The position numbers and the translations under genes were made by a program. The notes below the pieces were generated by a model that made no database searches, was not told the DNA's origin, and worked only from the letters and a program-made list of their open reading frames with translations. Positions 24,662 to 36,566 of a stretch of DNA of 64,000 bases are shown in pieces. The stretch's first letter is position 1. Each line of letters starts with the position of its first letter. The DNA comes from Gracilinanus agilis (Eukaryota): contig NC_058131.1 in assembly GCF_016433145.1 (NCBI RefSeq), positions 369,946,454 through 370,010,453 of the forward strand, read 5' to 3'.

Positions 24662-25367
24662 CTGAAGAAAAAGTCAAATTATCTTAAAGCTATTCATGAC
24701 TCATGAGGATCTAACTACTCACTTTTGGGAAATAGGTATCTGAGTGATTCTTTAAAGCCCAGGTTACCTTTGCTGTCAGCATAGTATGAAATTTCTCTCT
24801 CCCCCACTGCTGCTTATCACTCACTTAGTTATACTCTTAATATTTGGAATGATTACTTTCCCCAGCCCCCTGAAGCCCCGCTTCTGCTGAAAAAACAGGA
24901 GGGTATTTTCAACCTCTGGGGAAAAAAAATCAAGCAGCCAGTAGAGGTATTCCTTGCTTTTACATACATATATAAACCTAATTTTTGTAAATTGAAATCT
25001 GATTTCCCTCATATTTATTTATTTATTTATATTCAATTTCTTCTGTTTTATTTTAATCTCTGAAAAATCTAGCAGAATAAAAATACATTTTAAAAATCTG
25101 TCCCACATTCTTTGTCAAATAATGATGATAATCATAATATCAAATATTTATGTAACACTATGTACCAGACATTGTACTAAGCTCTTTACAACTCTTGTTT
25201 ATCTGTTTGTTTATTTATTTATTTAGCAGGGGGCAAGTGATCCTTATAATATCCCTGGGAGGTAGGGACTATTACAATCCACATTTTACAGATGAGGACA
25301 CTGAGCAAAAAGAGGTTAAATGACTTTCCCATGGTCACCCAGATGTTAAGTTCCTGAAACTGAATTT

Positions 25368-28300
25368 TTAAAAATTTTATTTTTGTTGTCATGCAAAATA
25401 CACTTCCATATTGGTCATTGTTGTAAGAGCACACTCAAACCTAACCAAAACCCCAAAATAAAAACACTGAAGTGAAAGTTGACTCCGACACTTGTTTCTC
25501 TGGAGATGGATAGCATTCCCCATCATGAGTCTTTCAAGATTGTCCCAGATGAGTGCATTGCTGAGAGTAGCCAAGTTTTCACAGATAATCATCATACAAT
25601 ATTGCTACTATGTACAACGTATTGTCTGTTCTGCTTATTTTGCTCTGTATCAGTTCCTGCACATCTTTCCAGCTTTTTCTGAAATCATCTTGCTTATCAT
25701 TTCTTTCAGTACAATAGTATTTCATCACCAGCATGTACCACAATCTGTTCAGCCATTCCCCAAATGATGAATATCCCTTCATTTTCCAATTCTTTGTCAC
25801 TACAAAAGGAGCAGCTACAAATATTTTTGTAGAAGTAAGTCCCTTCCCTTTTTTATTATGTCTTTGGGATATAGAGCCAGTAGTGGTATTACCAGATCAA
25901 AGAGTATATGCACAGTTTTATAGCTCTTTGGGTTGAGTTCCAAATTACTTTCCAGAAGGGTTGGATTAGTTGGCAACTCTACCAACAATGCATTAATGTC
26001 CCAATTTTGCCAAATCTCCTCCAACATTTACCACTTTCCTTTACTGCCATATTGGTCAATCTGATAGGAGTGAGTTGGTATTTCAGCATTGTTTTAATTT
26101 GCATTTCTCTAATCAAGAGTGATTTAGAACATTTTTTCATATGATTATTGATGGCTTTGATTTCTTCATCTGAAAATCATTTGTTCATATCCTTTGACCA
26201 TTTGTCATTTGGTGAATGGTTTGTATTCTTATAAATTTGATTTTGAGAAATTAAATAATTATTAGAGACGTTATAATTTTTTTTCTCAGTTTGTTTTTTC
26301 CCTTCTAATCTTGGTTACATTAGTTTTGTTTATACAAAAGCTTTTTAATTTAATAAAAATTATTCATTTTGCATTTGGTCATAAATTCTTCCTTTCTCTA
26401 AAGATCTTCCAGGTAAACTATTCTGTGCTTGCCTAATTTAGTTATGGTATCACTCTTCATATCTAAATTATATATTCATTTTGATCTTATCTTGCTATAG
26501 GGTGTGAGATTTTGATTTATACCTAGCTTCTGCCAAACTGTTTTTCAATTTTTCCAACAGTTTTTGTTAAAGCGTGACTTCTTATTCCAAAAGCTGGTAT
26601 CTTTGGGTCTATCAACCACTGGATTGTTAAGGTCATTTACCCCTATGTATTTTGTATCTGATCTACTCTTTTGATATACCATTCAATTTCTTCACCAGTA
26701 CCAGGTTATTTTAATGATTACTATTTTATAGTACAGTTTGAGATCTGGTACTGCTAGGCCACCTTCCTTTACATGTTTTTCATTACTTCCCTTGATATCT
26801 GTGACCTTTTGCTCTTCCAGATGAATTTTGTTATTATTTGTTATAGTTCTATAAAATAGTTATTTGGTAGTTTGGCCCTGATGACACTGAAAAAATAAAT
26901 TAATTTAGGTAGAATTATAATTTTTATAATATTAGCTTGGCCTACTCATGAAAAAAATAATGTTTTCCCAGCTATGTAGATCTGACTTTATTTGTGTGAT
27001 AAGTGTTTTATAATTATGTTCATATAATTCCTGTGTTTGCCTTGGCAAGTAGATTCCCAGGTATTTTATATTTTTTAGAGTGATTTTAAATGGAATTTCT
27101 TTCTAATTCTTGCTGTTTGACTTTATTGGTAATATATTGAAATGCTGAAGATTTATGGGGATTTATTTTGTATTCTGCTACTTTACTAAAGTTATTGATT
27201 ATTTCAATTAGTTTTTAAGTTGATTCTCTAAGTATACCATCATATTATCTGCAAAGAGTGATAGTTTAGTTTTCTCATTGCCTACTTTAATTCCTTCAAT
27301 TTCTTTTTTTTTTTAACTTATTGCTAAAGCTAACATTTCTAATACAATATTAATAGTGGTAACAATGGGCATCTTTGCTTCACTCCTGATCTGATTGGGA
27401 AGGATTTTAGCTTATCCCCATTGCAGATGATACTTGCTGATGGTTTTAGGTATATACTACTTATTATTTTAAGGAATGACAAATTTATTCCTATGCTTTC
27501 TTGATTTTGTTTTATTGTTTCTTGATGTTTCATGAAGTCACTAGCTTCTAGTTGCCCAATTCTAATTTTTAAAGAATAATTTTCTTTGTGGGCTTTTGAG
27601 CCTCCTTTTTCATTTGGCCCATTTCTTCTTGCTTTCCTTTTATTCCTCTTCCTCATTTTACCTCTGTCTCTCTTAATTGATTTTTTGAAATCCTTTTTCA
27701 GCTCTTCCAGAATCTGAGACCAAGTCACATTTTTCTCTGAAGTTTTGCATGTATTTGCTTTGCTTTCACTGACCCCTTCTGAGTCTGTGCCTTGCTCTCT
27801 CATAAAATTTTTATTATTAGGTTTTTTTTTTTATGTTTACTCATTTCCCAGTCTTTTTTCTTGACTTTTGCTTTTATTTTAGAGGTAGGCTTTTCAAGGA
27901 GAAAAGGGCACTCTCTTAAACTTTAATTCTTCTTTGATGCTACCATTAACCTTATATCTAGGTTTCTGTAAGTTTCAATTCTTCCAAGGTGGTATGATGG
28001 CTGGTGGGTTGGTAACTCTGAGAGCCACTTCCCACTGCAGATTCAGTCACCCACTGAAGCTGCTGAAAGCTCAAATTTCCAGCTTCAAGCCCAGTCAGAC
28101 ATATGGTGGACTGCCTTGCCCTGGGGCTCAGTGGGCTGGGAAGTCTAAAAGTCACCTCCCACTGATGATTAAATCAACCCCAGAGACTGCTGAGGCTCTA
28201 AGTCTAGCTTCAGGCTTGGGTGGGGGCTTTTGGTATTTACTCTAGGTCTGATCATGAATACTATGGACTGCCTTGCCCTGGAGTTCTGCCTTGAGTTTAG

Positions 28301-28914
28301 GTAAAGGCTAGTTAGGTCTGGGTTCCCACAGGCCAATATCCTGGGGATTGTCTTCACTGGGGGTCTGGGGGGGCTAGCTTTGGGCTTACACCAACCCAGG
28401 GTGTCACACAGACTGCCTCAAAATGAGACTCAGGTCTTCACTACAAGCTTGCCTGGGGCTCCTGGCCTTACTCTAGGCTTACACAGATCAGGTATATGCC
28501 TTGGGGCTAGAATTTTGTACCTTACTTCAGGCTTTTTTAGGACTTTACAGGTTGTGTGTTGGATTGCACTTCTTGTAGCTTAGGCAGAGTCTCAGCATCT
28601 GGACGTTGGCTTGGGTCTAGGTTCAGAACCTGAAGCAGTGAATGTAGGGTGGTGGGGGGAGGCTTGCTGTTGGCTTACTCTCCACTCCTTGTTGTAGCCT
28701 CTTGCTGGTTGTGCTTCTCTTTCATTCCACTGACCCAGATGCTTTCTGTATACCTTTCAAGTTGTTCTCTACATGAAAGTTGCTTCATTTCATATCTCCT
28801 TGTTGGTTCTTTCACTCCAGTATTCATTTCGTGACATTATTTTAAGATTGGTTGGAGATTTTCAGGGTGGTTTCAAGCTTTCCCTGCTTCTACTCCACCA
28901 TCTTGGCTCTGCCC
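25368..28914 (-). mobile_element. L1 integrant with 5' end, ORF1 N-terminus, large internal deletion, ORF2 RT to C-terminus and 3'UTR
   Basis: 5' start GGGCAGAGCCAAGATGGTGG; ORF1 coiled coil (LEELKKDFK...ETIKQNQ); RT motif IYLKPSASIICNGDKL..FPIRSGVKQ; C-terminal GEWLNRLWYM. TSD tcctgaaactgaattt (25352-25367) / tgctgaagctgaattt (28915-28930). Confidence 0.9.
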
Positions 28915-29425
28915 TGCTGAAGCTGAATTTAAGCTAAGGTTTTTGTGGCTCTAGACCCAGTACTCTAAGATGAACTAGGAAAACTTGGTATTTAAATAAA
29001 TTTGGCATAAATAAGAATAGAAGACTAAGCTTCAAAAGTGATAGATCCTGTTCTATGACTAATATTTCCTTATTTTTTAATAGTGTGGACACACAAATAC
29101 TAATGGTGACTGTAAAAACAGAAGAGATAGAATAAAAGAACAACATAATTTTTCTAGAAAACTTTGGGCAGAACTACTTTTGGTAACAGGATAAAAAAAA
29201 GGGTAGGGCAGGAGAAACAGCTAGGGGCAGGAAGAGGAATGGATAGCCAGTTCTAACAAAATCTTAGACACAGGGACACCAAGTGACTCTGATAGTTTCT
29301 GTATCTCATAGACCAGGAAGAATAGATGGGGAAGAATTTGAAGCCTTGTAGAAGCACTTCCTCAGTAAGGAACAGAGTGTTAGAGCCCTTGGATATGATA
29401 TAAGGGAAAGAGATTCATATACTCC

Positions 29426-30139
29426 TGTCAATGTGGACTCTAGAAGCTCCCCAAACTTGTAGCCTAGTAAGATTCAATAACTCCAATTTAGTTAGCTTAA
29501 AGGTGAAAAGCCCCTAGTTTGACCTTGTCACATGAGAGTTTTTCCCTGAGGGAAAGTCTAACTTCACTAGACTCAGACTAACAATTGACCTTAAACATCA
29601 AATGTTTAGTATCTCTTTTTTGTCCCAAAGGTTTCTCTCTCAAGGCTAAAGTCCTTTACCTAGGTAGCTCAACCCATTGGTTGAATCTTTCCCTTTTGTG
29701 TCCATTGTGAAGCATCATCCCCTCACTGTTAATCCTGTCTGGGACTCCTCATTTTCCTTTATTACCATTGTAAAGCCAATCAATTTATCCCTCTCATCCT
29801 CAGTCCCCATGTTCCCTAGAAAGGTATTTAAGCTTCCCACTTTAATGGCTCTTTGGAGTTGTCAATCTATCTTGGTTGGTTCTCCCAAGGGTCAGTGACC
29901 AGAGCAAACAGTTTCAATCCTCAGAACTCGCTCGGGTGTGTAGCACTGCGTGGGTGTGTAGCACTGCGTGGGTGTGTAGCACTGCATGGGTGTGTAGCAC
30001 TGCATGGGTGTGTAGCACTGCATGGGTGTGTAGCTTACAGCTCTGTGTAGAAGTCTAATTTAGCACTGAACCCCTTTCCTTAATTAAAGAGTGGTTTTTC
30101 TGACTATTTAATAGTTCTGTGTTTTTTTCCCAGTTAACA
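29426..30139 (+). mobile_element. Solo LTR (ERV1-like), copy 2, in WWC1 intron 18
   Basis: TG...CA ends, perfect 4-bp TSD CTCC (29422-29425 / 30140-30143), TATTTAAG at 29825, ATTAAA at 30083. Confidence 0.9.
29934..30034. repeat. 18-bp minisatellite (GGGTGTGTAGCACTGCRT) x5.6 inside the LTR
   Basis: Five full units and an 11-nt partial unit, read directly. Confidence 0.95.
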
Positions 30140-30564
30140 CTCCTAGAACCAAGACATCTTAGAGATCATTTAACCCAACTCCTTGCCCAATGGATAAGAC
30201 TCCCTTCTCACTTGCTTGGGCAACACTTAATACCTCTTCAGTTACCAGTGCCATGGAAAAAATTGAGGATAGAGAACCTTGAAATTTAAACTCCATGAAC
30301 TTTCATCTCCTTCTGCTTTTTATACTCCAATTTCAAGGAAAATGTCTGTTTCTTGGTAGCTGAGTGGCAACAGCTTAAAGTCCATTGTTTCAGCATCTAA
30401 TTCTCAAGGGCAAGTTAAAATACACCTAATGACAGTTTTTTTCTTTTCTGAAAGGATAATGGAGAAGCAATGGTACTAGTGTGTTGTGGTATCTTTCCAA
30501 GAGAGGCTGGTTCAGGCTCCTAGATTTTTATCCTCCTTACCTTTTTAATTTTTATCCTCCTTAC

Positions 30565-30694
30565 CTTTATTGCTGGGCTATCTTCCACACCTAGTGAGTT
30601 TTTCTCAGTGAAAACATCCTCCTCTTCCTCTTCCTCCTCCTCCTCAGCTGCTACTTCATTCTCACTGCCACCATTGGGATCCTCATCATATGGC
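30565..30694 (-). CDS. WWC1: KIBRA exon 18 (glutamate-rich tract)
   Basis: ctaatag|G PYDEDPNGGSENEVAAEEEEEEEEEDVFTEKNSLGVEDSPAIK|gtaagg; 130 nt. Confidence 0.93.
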
Positions 30695-31574
30695 CTATTA
30701 GAGCACAAAGGGCTTTGGTCACTAACCCAGAGACAGACTCACCCCAATGACTCCTAACCACTGATTGCTTTGATGGTCCTCCCATCTAGAGTCAGGGGAA
30801 ATAAGGGGACTCTAAAGCTAAGATGCAGAGCCAAAGATATGTGTTCATGGGGAAGACGAAGTGAAAACTGAGTTGAGGACCTCAGTCTATATACAGATAC
30901 CAACAACTGTAATAGGGCTAAGATTTTGATGACAGATTTCTGTTTGGAATACAGTAGGATTCATCTCCACGTGACTGTGGCTCCCATATGCCCAAGTCAT
31001 ATTTGTAAGTCGGTGTCTTGGAGAGTCTGAATGGCCAGGAGAGGTGGGGAGGGGAGTCGGTGTGTGGGGAGGAAGGTGCTTGGAAGAGAAAGAACAGAAG
31101 TGGGGTTGCTAAGTAACAGTGTGAAAAGTCCCAATACAAGCTTGGGAATTTGGCCTAAACCACTGATCCTCTGCCAGAGCTTTGGAAGACATGTCCTATG
31201 TGTATTTCCAGCTTCAGACCTTCTCCTGTTTGAACCTGCACAGCAGTTTGCCAAAGACAAAGCAAACTAAAAAACAAAAAAACAACCCCCAATCCTACAG
31301 TTCTTCTCTCAATCACAACAGGAGGAGAAGCTGAAGGCTGGCTTAATGAAAGGAGCTGGGCAGAAGAACCCTTGTTAGTGTATAAGCATTTAGAATTTGG
31401 AGCTGTGGAGGCACCGAAAGGCAGCATCATTTTTGGATTTCCCCAGGGAACTCTTCTCCTGAATGTTGAGGGAACACTGGGATAAAGGCTTGGGCTCAAG
31501 TCCTCTTTCAGCTGGGCCTGCTTCGTGTGCTGAGGTGGGGGGCAGCGAGAAGGGGAAAGCCCTCTTTCACTCAC

Positions 31575-31675
31575 CAGCTCTCTTCTATAGTCAGAGCATT
31601 ACTCTCCCCCTCGAGCCTCTTCTCCACCGCCTTCAGCTCCACAGCAGTTTGTTCCAAGAGTGCAGAAACGGTGTC
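31575..31675 (-). CDS. WWC1: KIBRA exon 17
   Basis: tttctag|DTVSALLEQTAVELKAVEKRLEGESNALTIEES TG|gtgagt; 101 nt. Confidence 0.93.
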
Positions 31676-31769
31676 CTAGAAAGAGAGAAGGGCCATGAGG
31701 TCGCTCACCATCTCTTTCAGCTCTGCTGCTCATGATTGTAGAATCCCCAAGTTTTAAAGGTAGAAGAGA

Positions 31770-31975
31770 GCTTGGAGATCACCTAGAGCCCCATTTAAGA
31801 ATCCAGGCCATTGTATAATGGGCCTTTTCGGGAGTCTAATGAAACAAGCCTGGTGATCCCTTCTCAGAAGGATGTTCTTACGTGCATAAAACACAAAGAA
31901 TTACAAACAAAATTATCTCAAAGGTATCACAATATTATTTTTAAATGGTGATGGATGCCAAGCTTAAGAGACTTC
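31770..31975 (+). mobile_element. Ancient hAT-Charlie-type MITE remnant
   Basis: gatcccttctcagaaggatgttc..tgcataaaa..ggatgccaagcttaagagacttc; related to the copies at 53340-53690 and 54400-54625. Confidence 0.55.
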
Positions 31976-32091
31976 TATCTAGGCCAATTCCTCTATTTTA
32001 CCAGTGAGTGTGGTCTAGTTATGTCAGTTCCATCTTTCCTGGTTCATAGGCCTTAGAGGTGGAAAGAACAGAGAGCACGTAGTTTAATCCT

Positions 32092-32335
32092 GGCAGCTAG
32101 GTGGCACAATGGATTGATCCTGTGCTTGGAGTCAGGAAGATTTATCTTCCCAAGTTCAAATCTGGCCTCAGGCAGAGTCACAAGATTCTGGGCAAGTCAC
32201 TTTACTCTCTTTGACTCAGTTTCCTCATCTGTATGATGAGCTGGAGAAGGAAATGGCAAACTACTTTAGTATCTTTGCCAAGAAAGCCCCAAATAGAGAC
32301 AACAAGAGTCAGGCAGGACTAAAACAAATAAAAAA
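32092..32335 (+). mobile_element. Mar1 SINE
   Basis: Head, CORE and RTE-like tail. Confidence 0.9.
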
Positions 32336-32492
32336 TAATAAAGTCCAATCCTATTCTATTAAGGAGGAGGACCCTGAGGTGTAGAGTTTAAGTAATTTCC
32401 TTAAAGTCCCATGGGTAGTATGCAGTTAAGCCCTCTGGCTTTAAACTCTATGCTCTTTCCTTAATAACACTGCCTTTTACTACTATCCAAAA

Positions 32493-32745
32493 GGGCAGTC
32501 TAGGTGGTACAATGGATGAGTCCTGGGGTCAGGAAGACTCATTATCCTGAGTTCAAATCTGGCCTCAGACACTTACTAGCTGGTGTGACCCTGGGCAAGT
32601 TACTTCACCCTGTTTGCCTCAATTTCCTCATCTATGAAATGAGCTGGAGACGGAAATGGCAAACCACTCCAGTATATTTGCAATGGAAACCCTAAATGAG
32701 GTCACACAAAAAGTTAACAATTGACTGAAAATGACAGGACCACAA
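32493..32745 (+). mobile_element. Mar1 SINE
   Basis: Head, CORE and RTE-like tail. Confidence 0.9.
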
Positions 32746-34206
32746 AAATATAATCCAAACAAATTGTTTTACCTTTCTGGGCCTTAGTCTTGTTGAATAA
32801 GAGTTATATTACTTACAGTAGAGGACAATTGTGAGAGAAAAGCACCTTGTGAATCATAAAGTGTTACAGAATTGGGATTTATTTTTATTAGGGATGGGGA
32901 CCAGTGACCTGCGCTACCCTCTACCCCCATCCCATGTCACAACTGATGCATCACAGAAGGAGGCCTTAGAGCCAATTTTTCCAGGCTGGATCTTGAGCCA
33001 CCATGTTATAATGTCTTTCATATCTTCTGAAATAAAACAATCTCACTATGTGCCTATTCCCCCCCCCCCACCATTCCAAAAAGTTCTCTCATAGCTAAGA
33101 TCAAAATGAAAAAAATCAAAACTTATTTGAATGACATTTCCAAGTCACACAGCTACCTGGAAATATGATCCTTAAAAAATTATATCATAATAACATTAAA
33201 AATCAAATATGATCCTTAGTCTTTATAATTCACAGTACCTCAAAGTGTTATAATGGATTGGTCTAACAATCAAAGTTTGGGGTTCAGATACCAAAAATAT
33301 ATGGAATGCTACAGCAGAGCTTAAAAAGAACTTATCAGTCCTGTGAAATTCTGATTATCCCCATACCCTAATGCAATTTTGGAGAATATCAATTCAAAAC
33401 AACTAGCGCTGCAGAGACAGCTATTCCATCGTCTCTACACTAATGGTGGGTTGGCGGAGGAATTCTGTGGAATTCAACAGAATATTCTTCCCAAACTATT
33501 TCTGTTGTCTTTACAATGTGGTTAGAGTCATATAATGAAAATATGTTTGGGGAGGAGACCATACCCATGAGCTCACTGGTATGGAGAGCAGCCAGTGAGG
33601 AACTCCCTGGACCCATACAGCTTGTCCCCACCCAATTAGGAGTCATGGAGAGTTGCCTGAAAAGTCCCAGAGGTTCATTGGTTTGTCCAAGATCACATAG
33701 TTAGAATGTATCTGGTGGAACTTGAATCCAGATCTTCCAGCTTTCTGTTCACTACACTATACTGTTTCTTGCCTGTTCAGAAAACAACAATCCCATTATA
33801 GGGCAATATTTGATTTTTAATTGAAAAAGAATGCTCTTTCCCAACTCAGAGGAAAATATTTTTTTCCTTCTGATGCCTGAAATTCTATGCTTAATTTAAA
33901 TTTAAATATTTTTTTATTTTGGATAAGATAGTAAAATTCACCTGTGCTTTTATATATTTACTAATACAATCTTCATGGCATTTCCCAAAATAGAAAGACT
34001 AATTCAAATGAACTTTCAAAAGATATTTTCCATGTGAAAAAGAGAAGACCAACTAAAAAAATATTTTAGTATAGGAAAAGAAGCATTTTTGAGGTCCTCA
34101 GAGTTTCACTGCATAAATAAGATTACATCTCTTGGCCAAATGAAAAATTAAGGATTATATACATATCTATCACTAAGTTATATAGATTCTTTATATATTT
34201 ATATGT

Positions 34207-34465
34207 AGTTGTTCACTCATTTTTCAGCCATGTGCAATTATTCGTGACCTCTTTGGGAGTTTTCTGGGCAAAGATATAAGAATTTTTTGCCATTTCTTTT
34301 TCCAGTTCATTTTATAGATGCGGAAATGGAGGCAAATAGGGTTAAGTGACTTGCCCAGGGTCATGCAGCTAATAAGTGTCTGAAGTCAGAATTTTTAACT
34401 CATTTGAAAAGATGATGTTTCCTGACTTCAGGCCCGGCTCTTTATCTGCTGTCACCTAGGAGCCT
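34207..34465 (-). mobile_element. Mar1 SINE
   Basis: Reverse-complement tail (gttgttcactcatttttcagcc...) through to the head. Confidence 0.8.
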
Positions 34466-34483
34466 GTGTGTGTGTGTGAGATA

Positions 34484-34635
34484 NNNNNNNNNNNNNNNNN
34501 NNNNNNNNNNNNNNNNNNNNNNNNNNNNNNNNNNNNNNNNNNNNNNNNNNNNNNNNNNNNNNNNNNNNNNNNNNNNNNNNNNNNNNNNNNNNNNNNNNNN
34601 NNNNNNNNNNNNNNNNNNNNNNNNNNNNNNNNNNN
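34484..34635. other. Assembly gap (152 N) next to a (GT)n run
   Basis: Run of N characters. Confidence 1.
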
Positions 34636-35039
34636 TACCTGTAGGCTTATATGTTTTAATGATTACTTCAAAAATGATGGTGAATGCAGAAACATTTTTT
34701 TTGGGGAGGGGGGCAGAATCAGTGGAGGGAACTTTCAGTGTGAAAACTCTCTCTAACTTATCCATCCATATTCACACTACTCTGCTACTCAGAAACATTT
34801 GAAGAAGGTTTAAAACATAGATTAAATTTTAACTCTCCCTTTTACTGTACTAAAATAAATACAACATATAATTTCATTTTAAAATTCAATAAAGGTGGTT
34901 GTTTTAAAAATTATCAACTCCATTTATCATTATTATTATTAATGGTTAAAAGATTTCCATCTGGTATATCCAGAGAGGTTAACCAGGTTTGTACCGTGGC
35001 AGATATTTATAGTCAGGTGTACATACATATCTATCTGTG

Positions 35040-35240
35040 TCTGTCTGTCCTCTTCCTCTCCTTCTCCCTTTCCCTCCCAGCTAATTACATCTGTCTATAT
35101 ACTATGTCCATGAACATGTCTATGGCATGAAAATGGATGCGTTTCCCTCTCCATCTCTATCTTTCTCCTCTATCTATTCTCCTCTATCTTTTTCTGTCTC
35201 TCTCCCTCTCTGTCTCTCCTCTATCTATTTTCCCAGTGGA
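35040..35240. repeat. CT-rich simple repeat
   Basis: ctct/tcta units. Confidence 0.7.
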
Positions 35241-35760
35241 GCAGATGACCCTGGGTTCTTGTAAGCAACGCTAACAAAGTGTATGCTTTGACAGGTCCTT
35301 CCCAAGTTGAAGAGACTTCAAGTAAAGGCCTGGTGATGGACTGTGTGTCTATTTTCTAAGAATATATCAACTTAAATAAGTTTTTGAGAAGGGTATTATC
35401 AGGATAGTAATGTGATGAACACACTGAAAAAATCACGACTCTTTAAAGTACTGAAGGAAATATTTATGGCTATATGTATATGGATGTTGATATTTTTGTA
35501 TAGAGATTTAAATAGATGTTATATACTCATATAGCTAGCCCTTTTCTTATTCCTCTTCCCTCCACTGACTCACAGAATCATAGAAATGGAAAGGACCTCG
35601 GCAGCAACAAGTAAAATTCACACTCAAAAAGGAAACCCCACTATAATATAAATAAGTGGTATCCCAGACTGCTCAAAGACCTCCAGAGAAAGCCAACCCA
35701 AATTCTGAGATGTGGATTGTTATGAAATTTTTTCTAATATCAAGTCTAAAGTTGTCTTAG

Positions 35761-36023
35761 GTGGGAGGAGAAACACAGAAGAAAAACAACTGCTTGAACA
35801 CATGGGCTGTTGGGGATATTATTGGGGATGCTGACATTAAATGATAACTCTAGTCCAACTATCAATAATATGGAATTAGGTCTTGATCAATGAATGATAC
35901 ATGTAAAACCCGGTGGAATTGTGCGTTGGCTAAGGGGGCTTAGGGGGAGAGGGAAAGAACGTGTAATGTGTAACTAGGAGAAAATATTCAAAATAAAAAT
36001 AAAAATAAAAAATAAAATAAAAT
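35761..36023 (+). mobile_element. 5'-truncated L1 3' end with A-rich tail and TSD
   Basis: (A4-5T)n tail; TSD aaagttgtcttag (35748-35760) / aaaattgtcttag (36024-36036). Confidence 0.8.
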
Positions 36024-36410
36024 AAAATTGTCTTAGTAACTGTCACCCATTGTTCCTGGTTCTGTCTTCTGGGGCCAAATAGTACAAGTCTAATACTACT
36101 TTTATTTATAAAAGGCCTGCAAATAATTAAATATGGTTAGCAGCTAGCATGTCCCATTCTGAGCCTCTTTTAGGCTAAATATTTCCTAATTCCTTCAACC
36201 ACTCCTTAACTAACATGGACTCAAGATCCTTCATCATTTCAGTTCACCTTCTCTTGATACTCTCCATATTATCAATGCCCTTTTAAAGCTGTGGTATATG
36301 TATGGAGTATATATCTCCACTGTTCTCTTCCTTCAATCACAACTATTTCTGGATGCCCCATTTCCTCTGAATATCATAAGTTAAGTAAATATGCATTCAT
36401 GCTCTCTCAC

Positions 36411-36566
36411 CGAGTTCTCAGCGCCCACTATCACAGAGCAGCCTTGTGCTTCTTGCTTGTTTTTTCGGTTTTGCTTCTTCAAGTATTTGTAGCTTAAGAG
36501 GTTGTACCAGCGTACTGACTTCTCTCCTGACCGACAGACCTCTGCAAGGCTGATCTGGGCTCCACC
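36411..36566 (-). CDS. WWC1: KIBRA exon 16 (end of C2 domain)
   Basis: ctcacag|GGAQISLAEVCRSGEKSVRWYNLLSYKYLKKQNRKNKQEAQGCSVIVGAENS|gtgaga; 156 nt. Confidence 0.95.

Noticed and set aside
29853-30058. Repetitive ORFs and a CRISPR-like appearance of the 18-bp repeats
   Set aside because: Head-to-tail tandem units without unique spacers, inside a mammalian LTR; a minisatellite, not CRISPR or protein.
34442-34802. ORFs of 96-110 aa
   Set aside because: Artefacts of translating across the N gap.
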